DNA of 64,000 nt from Candidatus Parcubacteria bacterium (GTDB taxonomy: Bacteria > Patescibacteriota > Minisyncoccia > SURF-38). Shown piece after piece: positions 27,065 through 34,925 of the stretch; the first letter of the stretch is position 1, and each line of letters starts with the position of its first letter. Location: the NCBI GenBank assembly GCA_003599335.1, contig QZJN01000007.1:812-64811 (forward strand), in the 5' to 3' direction. The notes under the pieces are model-generated. The model did no database searches and was not told the origin of the DNA. It saw nothing but the letters and a program-made list of their open reading frames with translations. The translations under genes were made by a program, and so were the position numbers.

Positions 27065-27988
27065 ATGGAGATCCCATCGGCAAAGTTCGGAGCTCTTGAA
27101 TACACGCCAGCTCTTTCCAACGGCGCAGGAATGATCAAAAAGCTTGAGGATGTGCGGGAAATGGCCCTCTCGGCCGCCGGCGCCATCGTCGTCGGCTCCA
27201 TCACCCTCAAGGACAGGCCTGGCAACACAGGCAACACGTTTTGGGTCGGCCAAACCGGCTCAATCAACTCGCTTGGCATCCCCAACCCCGGCAAGGAATA
27301 CTACCGGCAAAACATCCATTTGATGGTTGGTGTCGCCCATGCTCATGGCAAGAAACTCATCGTCAACGTGGCCGGCTTCCAACCAAACGAATTTGGCGAA
27401 CTGGCCCTCTTGGCCTTTGATTGCGGGGCCGACGCGGTTGAGCTCAACTTCGGCTGCCCCAACATCTGGGACGATGGCACCCAAAAAGGCATTATCAGCT
27501 TTTACCCGGATGTTCTGGGCGAATCGCTGGAAGCCGTGAGACGAGCCGTTGGCGTTGGCTCCAACATCATCGCTAAGGTTTCCCCTTTTTCCAACCCAAT
27601 ACAACTCAAGGAAATCGGCGGCGTGATCGTGAGCTCAGGAATCGTTTCGGCCATTACGGCCATCAACACCTTCCCCAACGCTTACGGCGAGTACGAAAAC
27701 GGCCGGCCGGTCATTGATCCGGGCGGAGGACTTGGCGGCTTTGCCGGCGCCGGGCTCAAACACATTGCCCTTGGTCAAGTGAAGCAGTGGCGCGCCCTGC
27801 TGCCTCCCGAAATTGCCATCATTGGGGTTGGCGGTATTTCCAGGGGCAAGGACATGGCCGAGTATTTCCGTCATGGCAAGGTTGCGGCCGTTCAGGTCGT
27901 TACGGCGCTTTTGCGCAAGGGCCACATGGACCCCAACGCCTTGAGCACCATTCTCATGGAATACGCCGAGCTGCCGGATGCAGCGTGA
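27065..27988 (+). CDS. dihydroorotate dehydrogenase-family (PyrD-like) FMN TIM-barrel oxidoreductase
   Basis: NSLGIPNPG, ELNFGCPN and C-terminal IIGVGGISRGKDMAEYFRHGKVAAVQVVTALL match class-1 DHOD signatures. SD AAGGAGGAGAC. Confidence 0.65.
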   Translation: MEIPSAKFGALEYTPALSNGAGMIKKLEDVREMALSAAGAIVVGSITLKDRPGNTGNTFWVGQTGSINSLGIPNPGKEYYRQNIHLMVGVAHAHGKKLIVNVAGFQPNEFGELALLAFDCGADAVELNFGCPNIWDDGTQKGIISFYPDVLGESLEAVRRAVGVGSNIIAKVSPFSNPIQLKEIGGVIVSSGIVSAITAINTFPNAYGEYENGRPVIDPGGGLGGFAGAGLKHIALGQVKQWRALLPPEIAIIGVGGISRGKDMAEYFRHGKVAAVQVVTALLRKGHMDPNALSTILMEYAELPDAA

Positions 27989-28003
27989 AGTTCCACAACT
28001 AGA

Positions 28004-28046
28004 AGGCCCGGAGCCAAAATTAACTTTTGGCGCCGGGCCTTTTCTT
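28004..28046 (+). terminator. terminator-like hairpin GGCCCGG...CCGGGCC followed by TTTTCTTTTT (repeat copy B)
   Basis: Same stem, and a partly conserved loop, as the copy at 26952-26993. It marks the right edge of the GC island. Confidence 0.45.
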
Positions 28047-28071
28047 TTTATTTAATTTTCGTACAATAACA

Positions 28072-28422
28072 ATGATGACCCCTCAAACGTGGCAAAAATG
28101 GTACACTCGCGTTATTGGAGTATTTTTTATACTTGTTTCAATTTCTCTTATCGCCGATTTTGCGCAATTTGGCTTCCGGCCAGAAACAATGCATAAAATC
28201 TTTCACGTTTTGCTTGGAATAATTATTGTAAAATTTGGCTGGAACAACGAGGCTTGGTGGAAGCCCTTTGCTTTGACCAACGGATCGTTTTTTACATTTG
28301 TAGCTTTGTCTGGACTAATCTTCCCAGATTTTGGTGGCTTGGATGCATTCAATAATCTTGATACAATCTTGCATAGTATAGTTGGCGTTTCAGGATTAAT
28401 AATTGGATCAATAAAAGGATGA
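28072..28422 (+). CDS. small hypothetical membrane protein
   Basis: Three or four TM helices. Low-GC (host-like) codon usage resumes here. Confidence 0.4.
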   Translation: MMTPQTWQKWYTRVIGVFFILVSISLIADFAQFGFRPETMHKIFHVLLGIIIVKFGWNNEAWWKPFALTNGSFFTFVALSGLIFPDFGGLDAFNNLDTILHSIVGVSGLIIGSIKG

Positions 28423-28841
28423 TTAAATCGCTTGGAAAACTTTTTATAATTATTGGCCTTGTTACTTTTGGATTTGTCGCTTTATTTTTCTGGCTTATAG
28501 GGCAAAGCGAAAATCTTGCCAATTTAAGTATCGGCACGGCATTATTTAGCACTGTGCTTATAGTTGTTTTTGCCGTTTCCGTTGCATTCTTCATCCTTGG
28601 TATGATTTTGTATTTTGTGGGCAAAAGGATAACTAGAAACCAGAGACCAGAAACCAGAAACCAAGGACGAATGCTTGCCTGCCGGGACGTTGGGATGGAT
28701 TGCGACCATATTGTTTATGGTAAAAACGATGCTGAAGTTTTGGAAAACGCCAAAAAACACGCGATTACCCACGGCTTCACGGAAAAAGATTTAACCGAAC
28801 AATTCCTTAATCGCCTTAAATCGGCAATCAAAGATAAATAA
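28419..28841 (+). CDS. membrane protein with C-terminal DUF1059-like Cys/His domain
   Basis: Two TM helices, then MLACRDVGMDCDHIVYGKNDAEVLENAKKHAITHGF. Contains a GAAACCA heptanucleotide repeat. Confidence 0.4.
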   Translation: MIKSLGKLFIIIGLVTFGFVALFFWLIGQSENLANLSIGTALFSTVLIVVFAVSVAFFILGMILYFVGKRITRNQRPETRNQGRMLACRDVGMDCDHIVYGKNDAEVLENAKKHAITHGFTEKDLTEQFLNRLKSAIKDK

Positions 28842-28868
28842 AAAACGCCAACATTGTAAAAAACCACA

Positions 28869-29459
28869 ATGGCTAAAATAAACAATAAGTTAATATATAT
28901 TAACTTACGTGATTTTTTCAAATCAGAAAAAAATCAAAACGAAATAATCACCTCTATAAAAAATGGCGGTATTATAATTTACCCAACAGATACTATTTAT
29001 GGCATTGGCTGCGATGCAACAAACAAAAAAGCTGTTTTACGCTTAAATAAGGCAAAACAAAGAAAGCCTGGCCAACCTTTCTCCCTAATTGCACCGTCAA
29101 TAAACTGGATTTACAAACATACAACCATAAAGAAGTACGCCATAAAATATTTAAAGAGATTGCCTGGTCGCTATACATTCATTCTCAAAGCCAAACCAAG
29201 TATTAAACATTTAGTAACCAAAGGCGCTGTCGGAGTTCGTATTCCAAAACATAAATTTACGGATATTATCCGCAAACACAAAATTTTATTGATCACAACC
29301 TCGGTGAATTTATCCGGCCAGCCTCCGGCTAGAAGCGTGAGAGAAATGCCGGCTCGCCTTAAAAAAGCAGCTTCTCATATAATTAACGCCGGACAGTTTG
29401 GAGGAAAACCATCAACAATAATTGATCTAACCGGCCAAAAGCCAAAAAAGATTAGATAA
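28869..29459 (+). CDS. tsaC: L-threonylcarbamoyladenylate synthase (YrdC/Sua5 family)
   Basis: IIIYPTDTIYGIGCDATNKKAVLRLNKAKQRKPGQPFSLI is the YrdC signature. Confidence 0.85.
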   Translation: MAKINNKLIYINLRDFFKSEKNQNEIITSIKNGGIIIYPTDTIYGIGCDATNKKAVLRLNKAKQRKPGQPFSLIAPSINWIYKHTTIKKYAIKYLKRLPGRYTFILKAKPSIKHLVTKGAVGVRIPKHKFTDIIRKHKILLITTSVNLSGQPPARSVREMPARLKKAASHIINAGQFGGKPSTIIDLTGQKPKKIR

Positions 29460-29467
29460 ATCAAAAA

Positions 29468-29495
29468 GCCCTCGATGAGGGCTTTTTGAGTTTTG
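29468..29495. terminator. bidirectional rho-independent terminator
   Basis: GCCCTC-GATG-AGGGC hairpin flanked by A-runs and T-runs, between the convergent tsaC and GtrA-like genes. Confidence 0.6.
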
Positions 29496-29502
29496 TAAAA
29501 AT

Positions 29503-30144
29503 TTATCTTTTAAAGACTATAAACTTGTATCCCAAGAAATTCCACACAAGAGCTGCAAACGTTGCTATAATTGCCCCAACATTTGCCCAAACTTCAACCC
29601 TTAACCCCCCTTGTGGTCCCAAAACATTAACGACAAATCCGGCAACCGCAACATTAATTAAAAGCCCAATAATGCTTACCACCAAAAACTGAAAAAATTC
29701 TTTACCATGATGTTCATGTTCTGGAACATTTGAGCCGGCCATCGCATGCGTATCTCCGGCTTTAAACGTCCAAAACTTATTCCAAAAATAGCTATTTATA
29801 ACAGCGGCAGTGAATGCAATGGCTTTAAAACCCAAGAAAACTTTACCCGCAGCAATTGCAGAAGCAAATATCAATAAATTCAAAAGCCCTAAATCAATAA
29901 AAGTATTTAAAGCTCCAACAAGAGCAAATTTTGCCAACTGAGTCAAAACGGCCCATTTTGCCGAAAGCCATTCCGCAATATACATTCCAAAAGCCGAGAG
30001 CGCCGGAAAAACAATCGGAATCGCAATATTAAAATATGGAATTGGGATCTGAAGATTAGCATTGGTTGCAATAACCAACCAAGCAACAACCTCACCAATG
30101 ACGGCCGCGGCTATTAAATCATTTTTATGGACATTTATATTCAT
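29503..30144 (-). CDS. GtrA-family membrane protein with N-terminal extension
   Basis: FALVGALNTFIDLGLLNLL...NSYFWNKFWTFK...WNFLGYKFIVFK are GtrA-like repeats. Confidence 0.55.
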   Translation of the reverse strand: MNINVHKNDLIAAAVIGEVVAWLVIATNANLQIPIPYFNIAIPIVFPALSAFGMYIAEWLSAKWAVLTQLAKFALVGALNTFIDLGLLNLLIFASAIAAGKVFLGFKAIAFTAAVINSYFWNKFWTFKAGDTHAMAGSNVPEHEHHGKEFFQFLVVSIIGLLINVAVAGFVVNVLGPQGGLRVEVWANVGAIIATFAALVWNFLGYKFIVFKR

Positions 30145-30153
30145 ATCTATCTT

Positions 30154-30624
30154 TCACTTATTAGATTTTATTTCGTTAACCTTTTTTCTAACTTCATGGG
30201 GATCTGAAATATGACTAAATGCAATCTCCTGGATTGAAGTCCCGGCGCTATTAAACAATACCGCACCCGAACCAAATAGAAGTTTTTCAATAAATCCCTC
30301 CTTAACCATTATATCAGTAAGTTTATCAAATTCTATCTCAACAAGATGGGTATTAAGGAACTGAAAATAAGAGATAACGCGTCTGTCTGTAACAATATAC
30401 ACATAGGCTGCCTGTAAATACAGGCTATATAAAAATAAGACCAATGCCACGAACAAACCAATCGACATGCCAATAGCATCACCGCTTAAACCCAAAAGGA
30501 AAATGCCAACCCCAAGCACAGCCCAAAAAAAGGCGTAAGCTTTATTAATACCCCAAACCCCAATAAGCTTCTCCCCGGCCGAAAGATTTTTTTGCGCCAA
30601 TGTTTGACGCCTTGTTTCAAACAT
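30154..30624 (-). CDS. membrane protein with bacterial PH (bPH_2/YdbT-like) domain
   Basis: Two TM helices, then YVYIVTDRRVISYFQF...LVEIEFDKLTDIMVKEG. Start taken at the internal Met next to the stop of the upstream gene. Confidence 0.45.
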   Translation of the reverse strand: MFETRRQTLAQKNLSAGEKLIGVWGINKAYAFFWAVLGVGIFLLGLSGDAIGMSIGLFVALVLFLYSLYLQAAYVYIVTDRRVISYFQFLNTHLVEIEFDKLTDIMVKEGFIEKLLFGSGAVLFNSAGTSIQEIAFSHISDPHEVRKKVNEIKSNK

Positions 30625-30628
30625 AAGT

Positions 30629-33043
30629 TTAAGACTGGGATTGTGTCTGCTGGACCGTTGAGGTTGCGGCCTGCAATTTATCCCAGATCTCACGCTCAAC
30701 AACATCTTTTGGACGACCGTATTTATTTAAAGCATACGCCCTAACCCTATCAATCCATTGAAGATCCGGTTTTGGCAAAGGAAGAGTTTTCATATTAAAC
30801 GGCTTTGAAGTCTGGCCGCCGATTATCATTTTTATATAAGCGTTGTAGTTATCAATATTTATAAGATCGTTTGAGGAAAAAACAGGCTCCATTTGTTTAG
30901 AAAGAAAATCTCCATCTTCCGGCCCAACACGAAAGGCGACGATCGTGCCAACGTTGCCAAAAACGGCATCGCGAATGTTTTGCGGAAGTTGAGCTATGAA
31001 TTGATGCGCAACAGTGAGGCTTAAACGATATTTTCTTGCTTCGGATAAGATTGAGGCAAAAGAATCGGTTGTAAAATTCTGAAACTCATCGACATAAAGG
31101 TAAAAATCCCTTCTCAAGGATTCAGGAATGTCTCCCCTGCCAAGGGCAGCCATCTGCAGCTTTGAAACCAAAATCAAACCAAGCAAGTGGCTGTTTACCT
31201 CGCCGATTTTCCCCTTGGAAAGATTTGCCAATAAAATTTTCCCCTTGTCCATAATATCTCTGAAATTAAATGCCGAATAAGGTTGGCCGATGATATTTCT
31301 CATGGCCGTGTTTTCAATAAACCGACCTAATTTTGAAATAAGATATCCCAACATTTCGGAACGATGAAAATCCGAAGTTTGAGCCATTTCTTTTTCCCAG
31401 AATGATCTAACCAAAGGATCGGTAACTTTCTGAAGTTTTACTTTTACAAATTCTTTGTCGGTAAAAATCCTTGGAATTTCAACTATAGTTCCGGGGCTTT
31501 CTTTTTCGGCGGCCAAAGTAAGCATGGCGTTTCGCATATTATGCTCAAACAAAGGCCCTGTCATTTCCGGTGGAAACAATTTAAGAAAAATTGCTATCAT
31601 TTCCTGAACCGCCAGATCTTTTTGATCTTCGGTCTGCCATTCAAGCATGTTTAGACCCATAGGCCGTTCGGTAAAACTTGGATCGAAATAAACGACATCA
31701 TCAAGCCTCTCTTTGGGTATATAGCTCAAAACCGTATTAACAAGCTCTCCATGAGGATCAATAACCGCCACGCCATGACCAGCTTCGATGTCTTGCTTTA
31801 TTAAAGAGCCTATAAAATTTGATTTACCGGTGCCGGTCTGACCGACTATATAAAGATGCCTTCTTCTGTCATCGGGAGACATTTTTACGAGCCTTGTTGC
31901 GCCACGATAAACATTTTCTCCAAGCACCAACCCTTCCTGGGGAAGATTAACCGGTGGCTCTGCCGGTTTAGATTTTAACCAGGCAATTTTCGGAACGCTC
32001 ATGCCGGGCGGAGGAAAATGGAACAAAGCGGCAAGCTCGGAAGCACTCAGAAACAAAGACTCCGCTTTATTGAAAAGCCTAAAAGAATAATTAAAAGTGA
32101 ATTTTTTTAAAGAAGAGCCGGAAATCCTCCTTACTTTAAACGAATTAAGCCCACTTTCTTGAAATTGGGCAAAATAATCTTCCAAATTGGCAACTATCGT
32201 TTGCGCCTGAACTTGAGTCGGGGCCGAAACTATAAGCCTAATATTAGCTTCAAAATTAACCTGACTGCCCTTTTTATTTATAAGCTGGGCGCTTTCATCG
32301 GCAACAGAGGCTACAAACCTCGGAGCTTTATCTTTTTCACTTAAAGATTTTCCGCGCAGAGCATCTTCTAAGCTTAATCCCTCTGCCAACTTCCTAACGA
32401 TCGATCTTGCTTTCTCGTTTAAGGAAGTTGCCCCTTTTCTCAAGACTATCTGATAACTTGCTCCCTCTCCCTCTTTTGCAAGCTTTGTAAAAATATTCGT
32501 CAGGCTCGGCAAAGGATCGGAGCTGAAGCGAGAAACATCCTTAACCGGCAATACTGAATCCCGCGATAAAACAATATATGAACCGGCTGTTGAACCTTGG
32601 GGATGAAAAATATTATAATCATCAATCGGCTCGACATAGGCTTCCGGATAAAGAGCCTGAATTTGTTTCGTTATGGCCTCTTCTAATTCTTCGGGTGTTG
32701 AAACATAAAATCTTATTTCCTCTCCTATGTGATGAACAGAAATTTCAAAAGCCAAAGCCGGCCATCTTAACTTTTTACTACGTTCCAAAATTCCTGCCAA
32801 AGAAGCGAAAAATTGTTCTGCCACGCCGGAATATTCCTTGAATTCAGAGGGGTGAACATTTGAACTTTGGGGTAAAGTTACCAATAGTAATTTTGTGTGC
32901 AATGCCCTAAGCGTCTGATTTTTTGACTCCCAACGAAGCCAAAAAAGCCAAAGAATCAAAATTAAAATTAAAAAAACAAAAAATGCGGCCGCCCCGCCTA
33001 TAAGACCGGCTTGAGAAATTTTTGCCAATAAAATCGTTTCCAT
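30629..33043 (-). CDS. TraD/VirD4-like type IV secretion coupling ATPase (AAA-like, DUF87-type)
   Basis: 804 aa. N-terminal TM helix, Walker A LYIVGQTGTGKSNF and Walker B LYVDEFQNF. Domain organisation resembles T4SS DNA-transfer coupling proteins. Confidence 0.5.
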   Translation of the reverse strand: METILLAKISQAGLIGGAAAFFVFLILILILWLFWLRWESKNQTLRALHTKLLLVTLPQSSNVHPSEFKEYSGVAEQFFASLAGILERSKKLRWPALAFEISVHHIGEEIRFYVSTPEELEEAITKQIQALYPEAYVEPIDDYNIFHPQGSTAGSYIVLSRDSVLPVKDVSRFSSDPLPSLTNIFTKLAKEGEGASYQIVLRKGATSLNEKARSIVRKLAEGLSLEDALRGKSLSEKDKAPRFVASVADESAQLINKKGSQVNFEANIRLIVSAPTQVQAQTIVANLEDYFAQFQESGLNSFKVRRISGSSLKKFTFNYSFRLFNKAESLFLSASELAALFHFPPPGMSVPKIAWLKSKPAEPPVNLPQEGLVLGENVYRGATRLVKMSPDDRRRHLYIVGQTGTGKSNFIGSLIKQDIEAGHGVAVIDPHGELVNTVLSYIPKERLDDVVYFDPSFTERPMGLNMLEWQTEDQKDLAVQEMIAIFLKLFPPEMTGPLFEHNMRNAMLTLAAEKESPGTIVEIPRIFTDKEFVKVKLQKVTDPLVRSFWEKEMAQTSDFHRSEMLGYLISKLGRFIENTAMRNIIGQPYSAFNFRDIMDKGKILLANLSKGKIGEVNSHLLGLILVSKLQMAALGRGDIPESLRRDFYLYVDEFQNFTTDSFASILSEARKYRLSLTVAHQFIAQLPQNIRDAVFGNVGTIVAFRVGPEDGDFLSKQMEPVFSSNDLINIDNYNAYIKMIIGGQTSKPFNMKTLPLPKPDLQWIDRVRAYALNKYGRPKDVVEREIWDKLQAATSTVQQTQSQS

Positions 33044-33056
33044 TTATCTAGGAATT

Positions 33057-33242
33057 TTATTTGCCCTTATGTTGTTGCTCAATAAGAGCGTCTCGCAATT
33101 CATTTGTAAGCGTATCGTGAAATTTATCAAGCAAAAAAGGATCGTTGATTTTTCTGGCTTTTTCAACAGCTTTAGCCAACCCTTCTTTGAAAGCCATTTC
33201 AACCAATTCCTCAAGTTGAGCCTCCCACTGTGGTTGTTCCAT
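33057..33242 (-). CDS. possible small helical protein (61 aa)
   Basis: ORF just upstream of the ATPase gene and co-oriented with it. No clear RBS. Confidence 0.25.
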   Translation of the reverse strand: MEQPQWEAQLEELVEMAFKEGLAKAVEKARKINDPFLLDKFHDTLTNELRDALIEQQHKGK

Positions 33243-33346
33243 ATATATCTACATTATATATCAAATCCGAAACAAATGGTTGTTGAAAATATCGCTTCTG
33301 ATTGGGAAGAAAATGAGATACAATTAGACTATCTGACAAACTGAAT

Positions 33347-34912
33347 ATGAAACGTTCATTGTATTGGAGTTTCTTAATCGGAATTGTGGTTCTTGGGGCT
33401 TTCTTTAGATTTTATAACCTTGATTCCATACCTCCTGGGCTTTACCCAGACGAGGCAATAAAAGGAAACGAAGGATGGCAAGCCGCCAACAACGGTGATT
33501 TTAAGATTTTCTATCCCGACAACAACGGCCGAGAAGGTCTTTGGATAAATTTAATAGGCATCTTCTTAAAAATATTTGGGCATGACATTGTGTCAATTCG
33601 CCTTCTGCCAGCCCTTATCGGCACTCTAACAATTTTAGCCATTTGGCTTTTAACCAAAGAATTATTTACTCAAGAAAGAATTGCTCTTTGGTCCTCCTTT
33701 TTCTTGGCTACTGGTTTTTGGCACATTAACTTCAGCCGAATTGGATTTCGTGCCATACTTGTTCCATTTCTTTTAAGTCTTACTTTTGGATTTCTGCTCA
33801 AGGGCCTTAAGACAAATAAATTCTGGCCTTTTGTCTTGGCCGGGATTTCCTTTGGAATTGGCTTTCATACATATATAGCTTTTCGTTTTATTCCTCTTTT
33901 GCTTATAATTTTTCTGCTTGCATGGTGGTGGCAAGAAAAAGGATCTCTAAAACCTTCCGGCTGCAGCCTGTGTTTTAAAGTTTTATTATTTTTAGCGGTA
34001 ACTTTTATTGTTGCTCTCCCCATAGGACTTTATTTTCTGCAAAACCCGCAAGATTTTTTCGGAAGAGCCACAGACGTATCAATCTTTTCCTCGTCAAATC
34101 CGCTGAAGGCTTTTGTTTGGAGCACGGTAAAAACACTTGGCCAATTTAATATTGTAGGTGATCACAACTGGAGACATAATTATTCTGGCAGGCCGGAATT
34201 ACTTATACCGGTTGGAATATTTTTCTTAATAGGCCTTCTTTCAACCATAAAAAGACTCCTAAAAAGAATCCCGGATCAAACGCAACCTCTTAGCACCCAC
34301 GCATTTTTGCTTTCCGGTTTTTTAATAATGATGCTTCCGTCAAGTCTTACTTCAGAAGGCGTGCCTCACGCCTTAAGAACCATTGGCATGATTCCTTTTG
34401 CAATGATCTTTGCCGGTGTTGGATTTGAGGCATTTTATCAATGGCTTTTATCTTTACAAAAAAGAGGCATGGCTTTGCTTTCCATAAAAATAACAATGGT
34501 TGTAATTATAATCGCAATCGCCTCTTTTGAATTCCATAAATACTTCCTCAATTGGGCTAAACGAAACGAAGTAAAAGACGCTTTTTCAAATTATTTCGTG
34601 CAAATTGGAAGAGAACTTAAAACTCAACCGGCTGATTTTACAAAATATGTCATTGTTAATCAGGGTGGAGTTTTGGTTAACGGCGTGCCAATGCCGGCGC
34701 AAACCGTAATTTTTGAAGCTCACGATACTCCAAATGTTGTTTATATAAACGAAGATCAAATACCATCGATAAAGCTTGACGATAAATCTGTCATTATTCC
34801 TCTTCATTTCAACAAGGAGATACAAAAAGAAATGGAAAATATTTTTGGCAAAATTTTCATAAGAACAACATTAAATAACGTTTTTGTAGTAAGCTTACCA
34901 AACGATAAATAA
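33347..34912 (+). CDS. GT39/GT83 (ArnT/PMT_2-like) membrane glycosyltransferase
   Basis: Multi-TM. N-terminal loop YPDEAIKGNEGW... is typical of lipid-carrier-dependent mannosyl or arabinosyl transferases. Confidence 0.6.
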   Translation: MKRSLYWSFLIGIVVLGAFFRFYNLDSIPPGLYPDEAIKGNEGWQAANNGDFKIFYPDNNGREGLWINLIGIFLKIFGHDIVSIRLLPALIGTLTILAIWLLTKELFTQERIALWSSFFLATGFWHINFSRIGFRAILVPFLLSLTFGFLLKGLKTNKFWPFVLAGISFGIGFHTYIAFRFIPLLLIIFLLAWWWQEKGSLKPSGCSLCFKVLLFLAVTFIVALPIGLYFLQNPQDFFGRATDVSIFSSSNPLKAFVWSTVKTLGQFNIVGDHNWRHNYSGRPELLIPVGIFFLIGLLSTIKRLLKRIPDQTQPLSTHAFLLSGFLIMMLPSSLTSEGVPHALRTIGMIPFAMIFAGVGFEAFYQWLLSLQKRGMALLSIKITMVVIIIAIASFEFHKYFLNWAKRNEVKDAFSNYFVQIGRELKTQPADFTKYVIVNQGGVLVNGVPMPAQTVIFEAHDTPNVVYINEDQIPSIKLDDKSVIIPLHFNKEIQKEMENIFGKIFIRTTLNNVFVVSLPNDK

Positions 34913-34925
34913 GTTAATAATAAAC

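Larger units (their letters stand above)
24550..28020. other. compositionally foreign high-GC island (about 60% GC by eye, against mid-30s to low-40s in flanking DNA)
   Basis: Abrupt base-composition shift, third-position G/C codon bias and canonical AAGGAGG-type SDs. The island has its own promoters and terminators. Confidence 0.6.

Noticed and set aside
25915-27604. Multiple long alternative-frame ORFs in the island (for example 25915-26514 minus, 26638-27003 plus, 27260-27604 minus)
   Set aside because: High GC suppresses stop codons in all frames. These ORFs lack ribosome-binding sites and overlap better-supported genes that have canonical SDs.
27990-28060. Direct repeat of the tRNA-Gln 3' end marking an attR site
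   Set aside because: No match to GGTTCGAATCCAAGTCCCGCA, or a substantial part of it, was found by eye near the island's right boundary or elsewhere.
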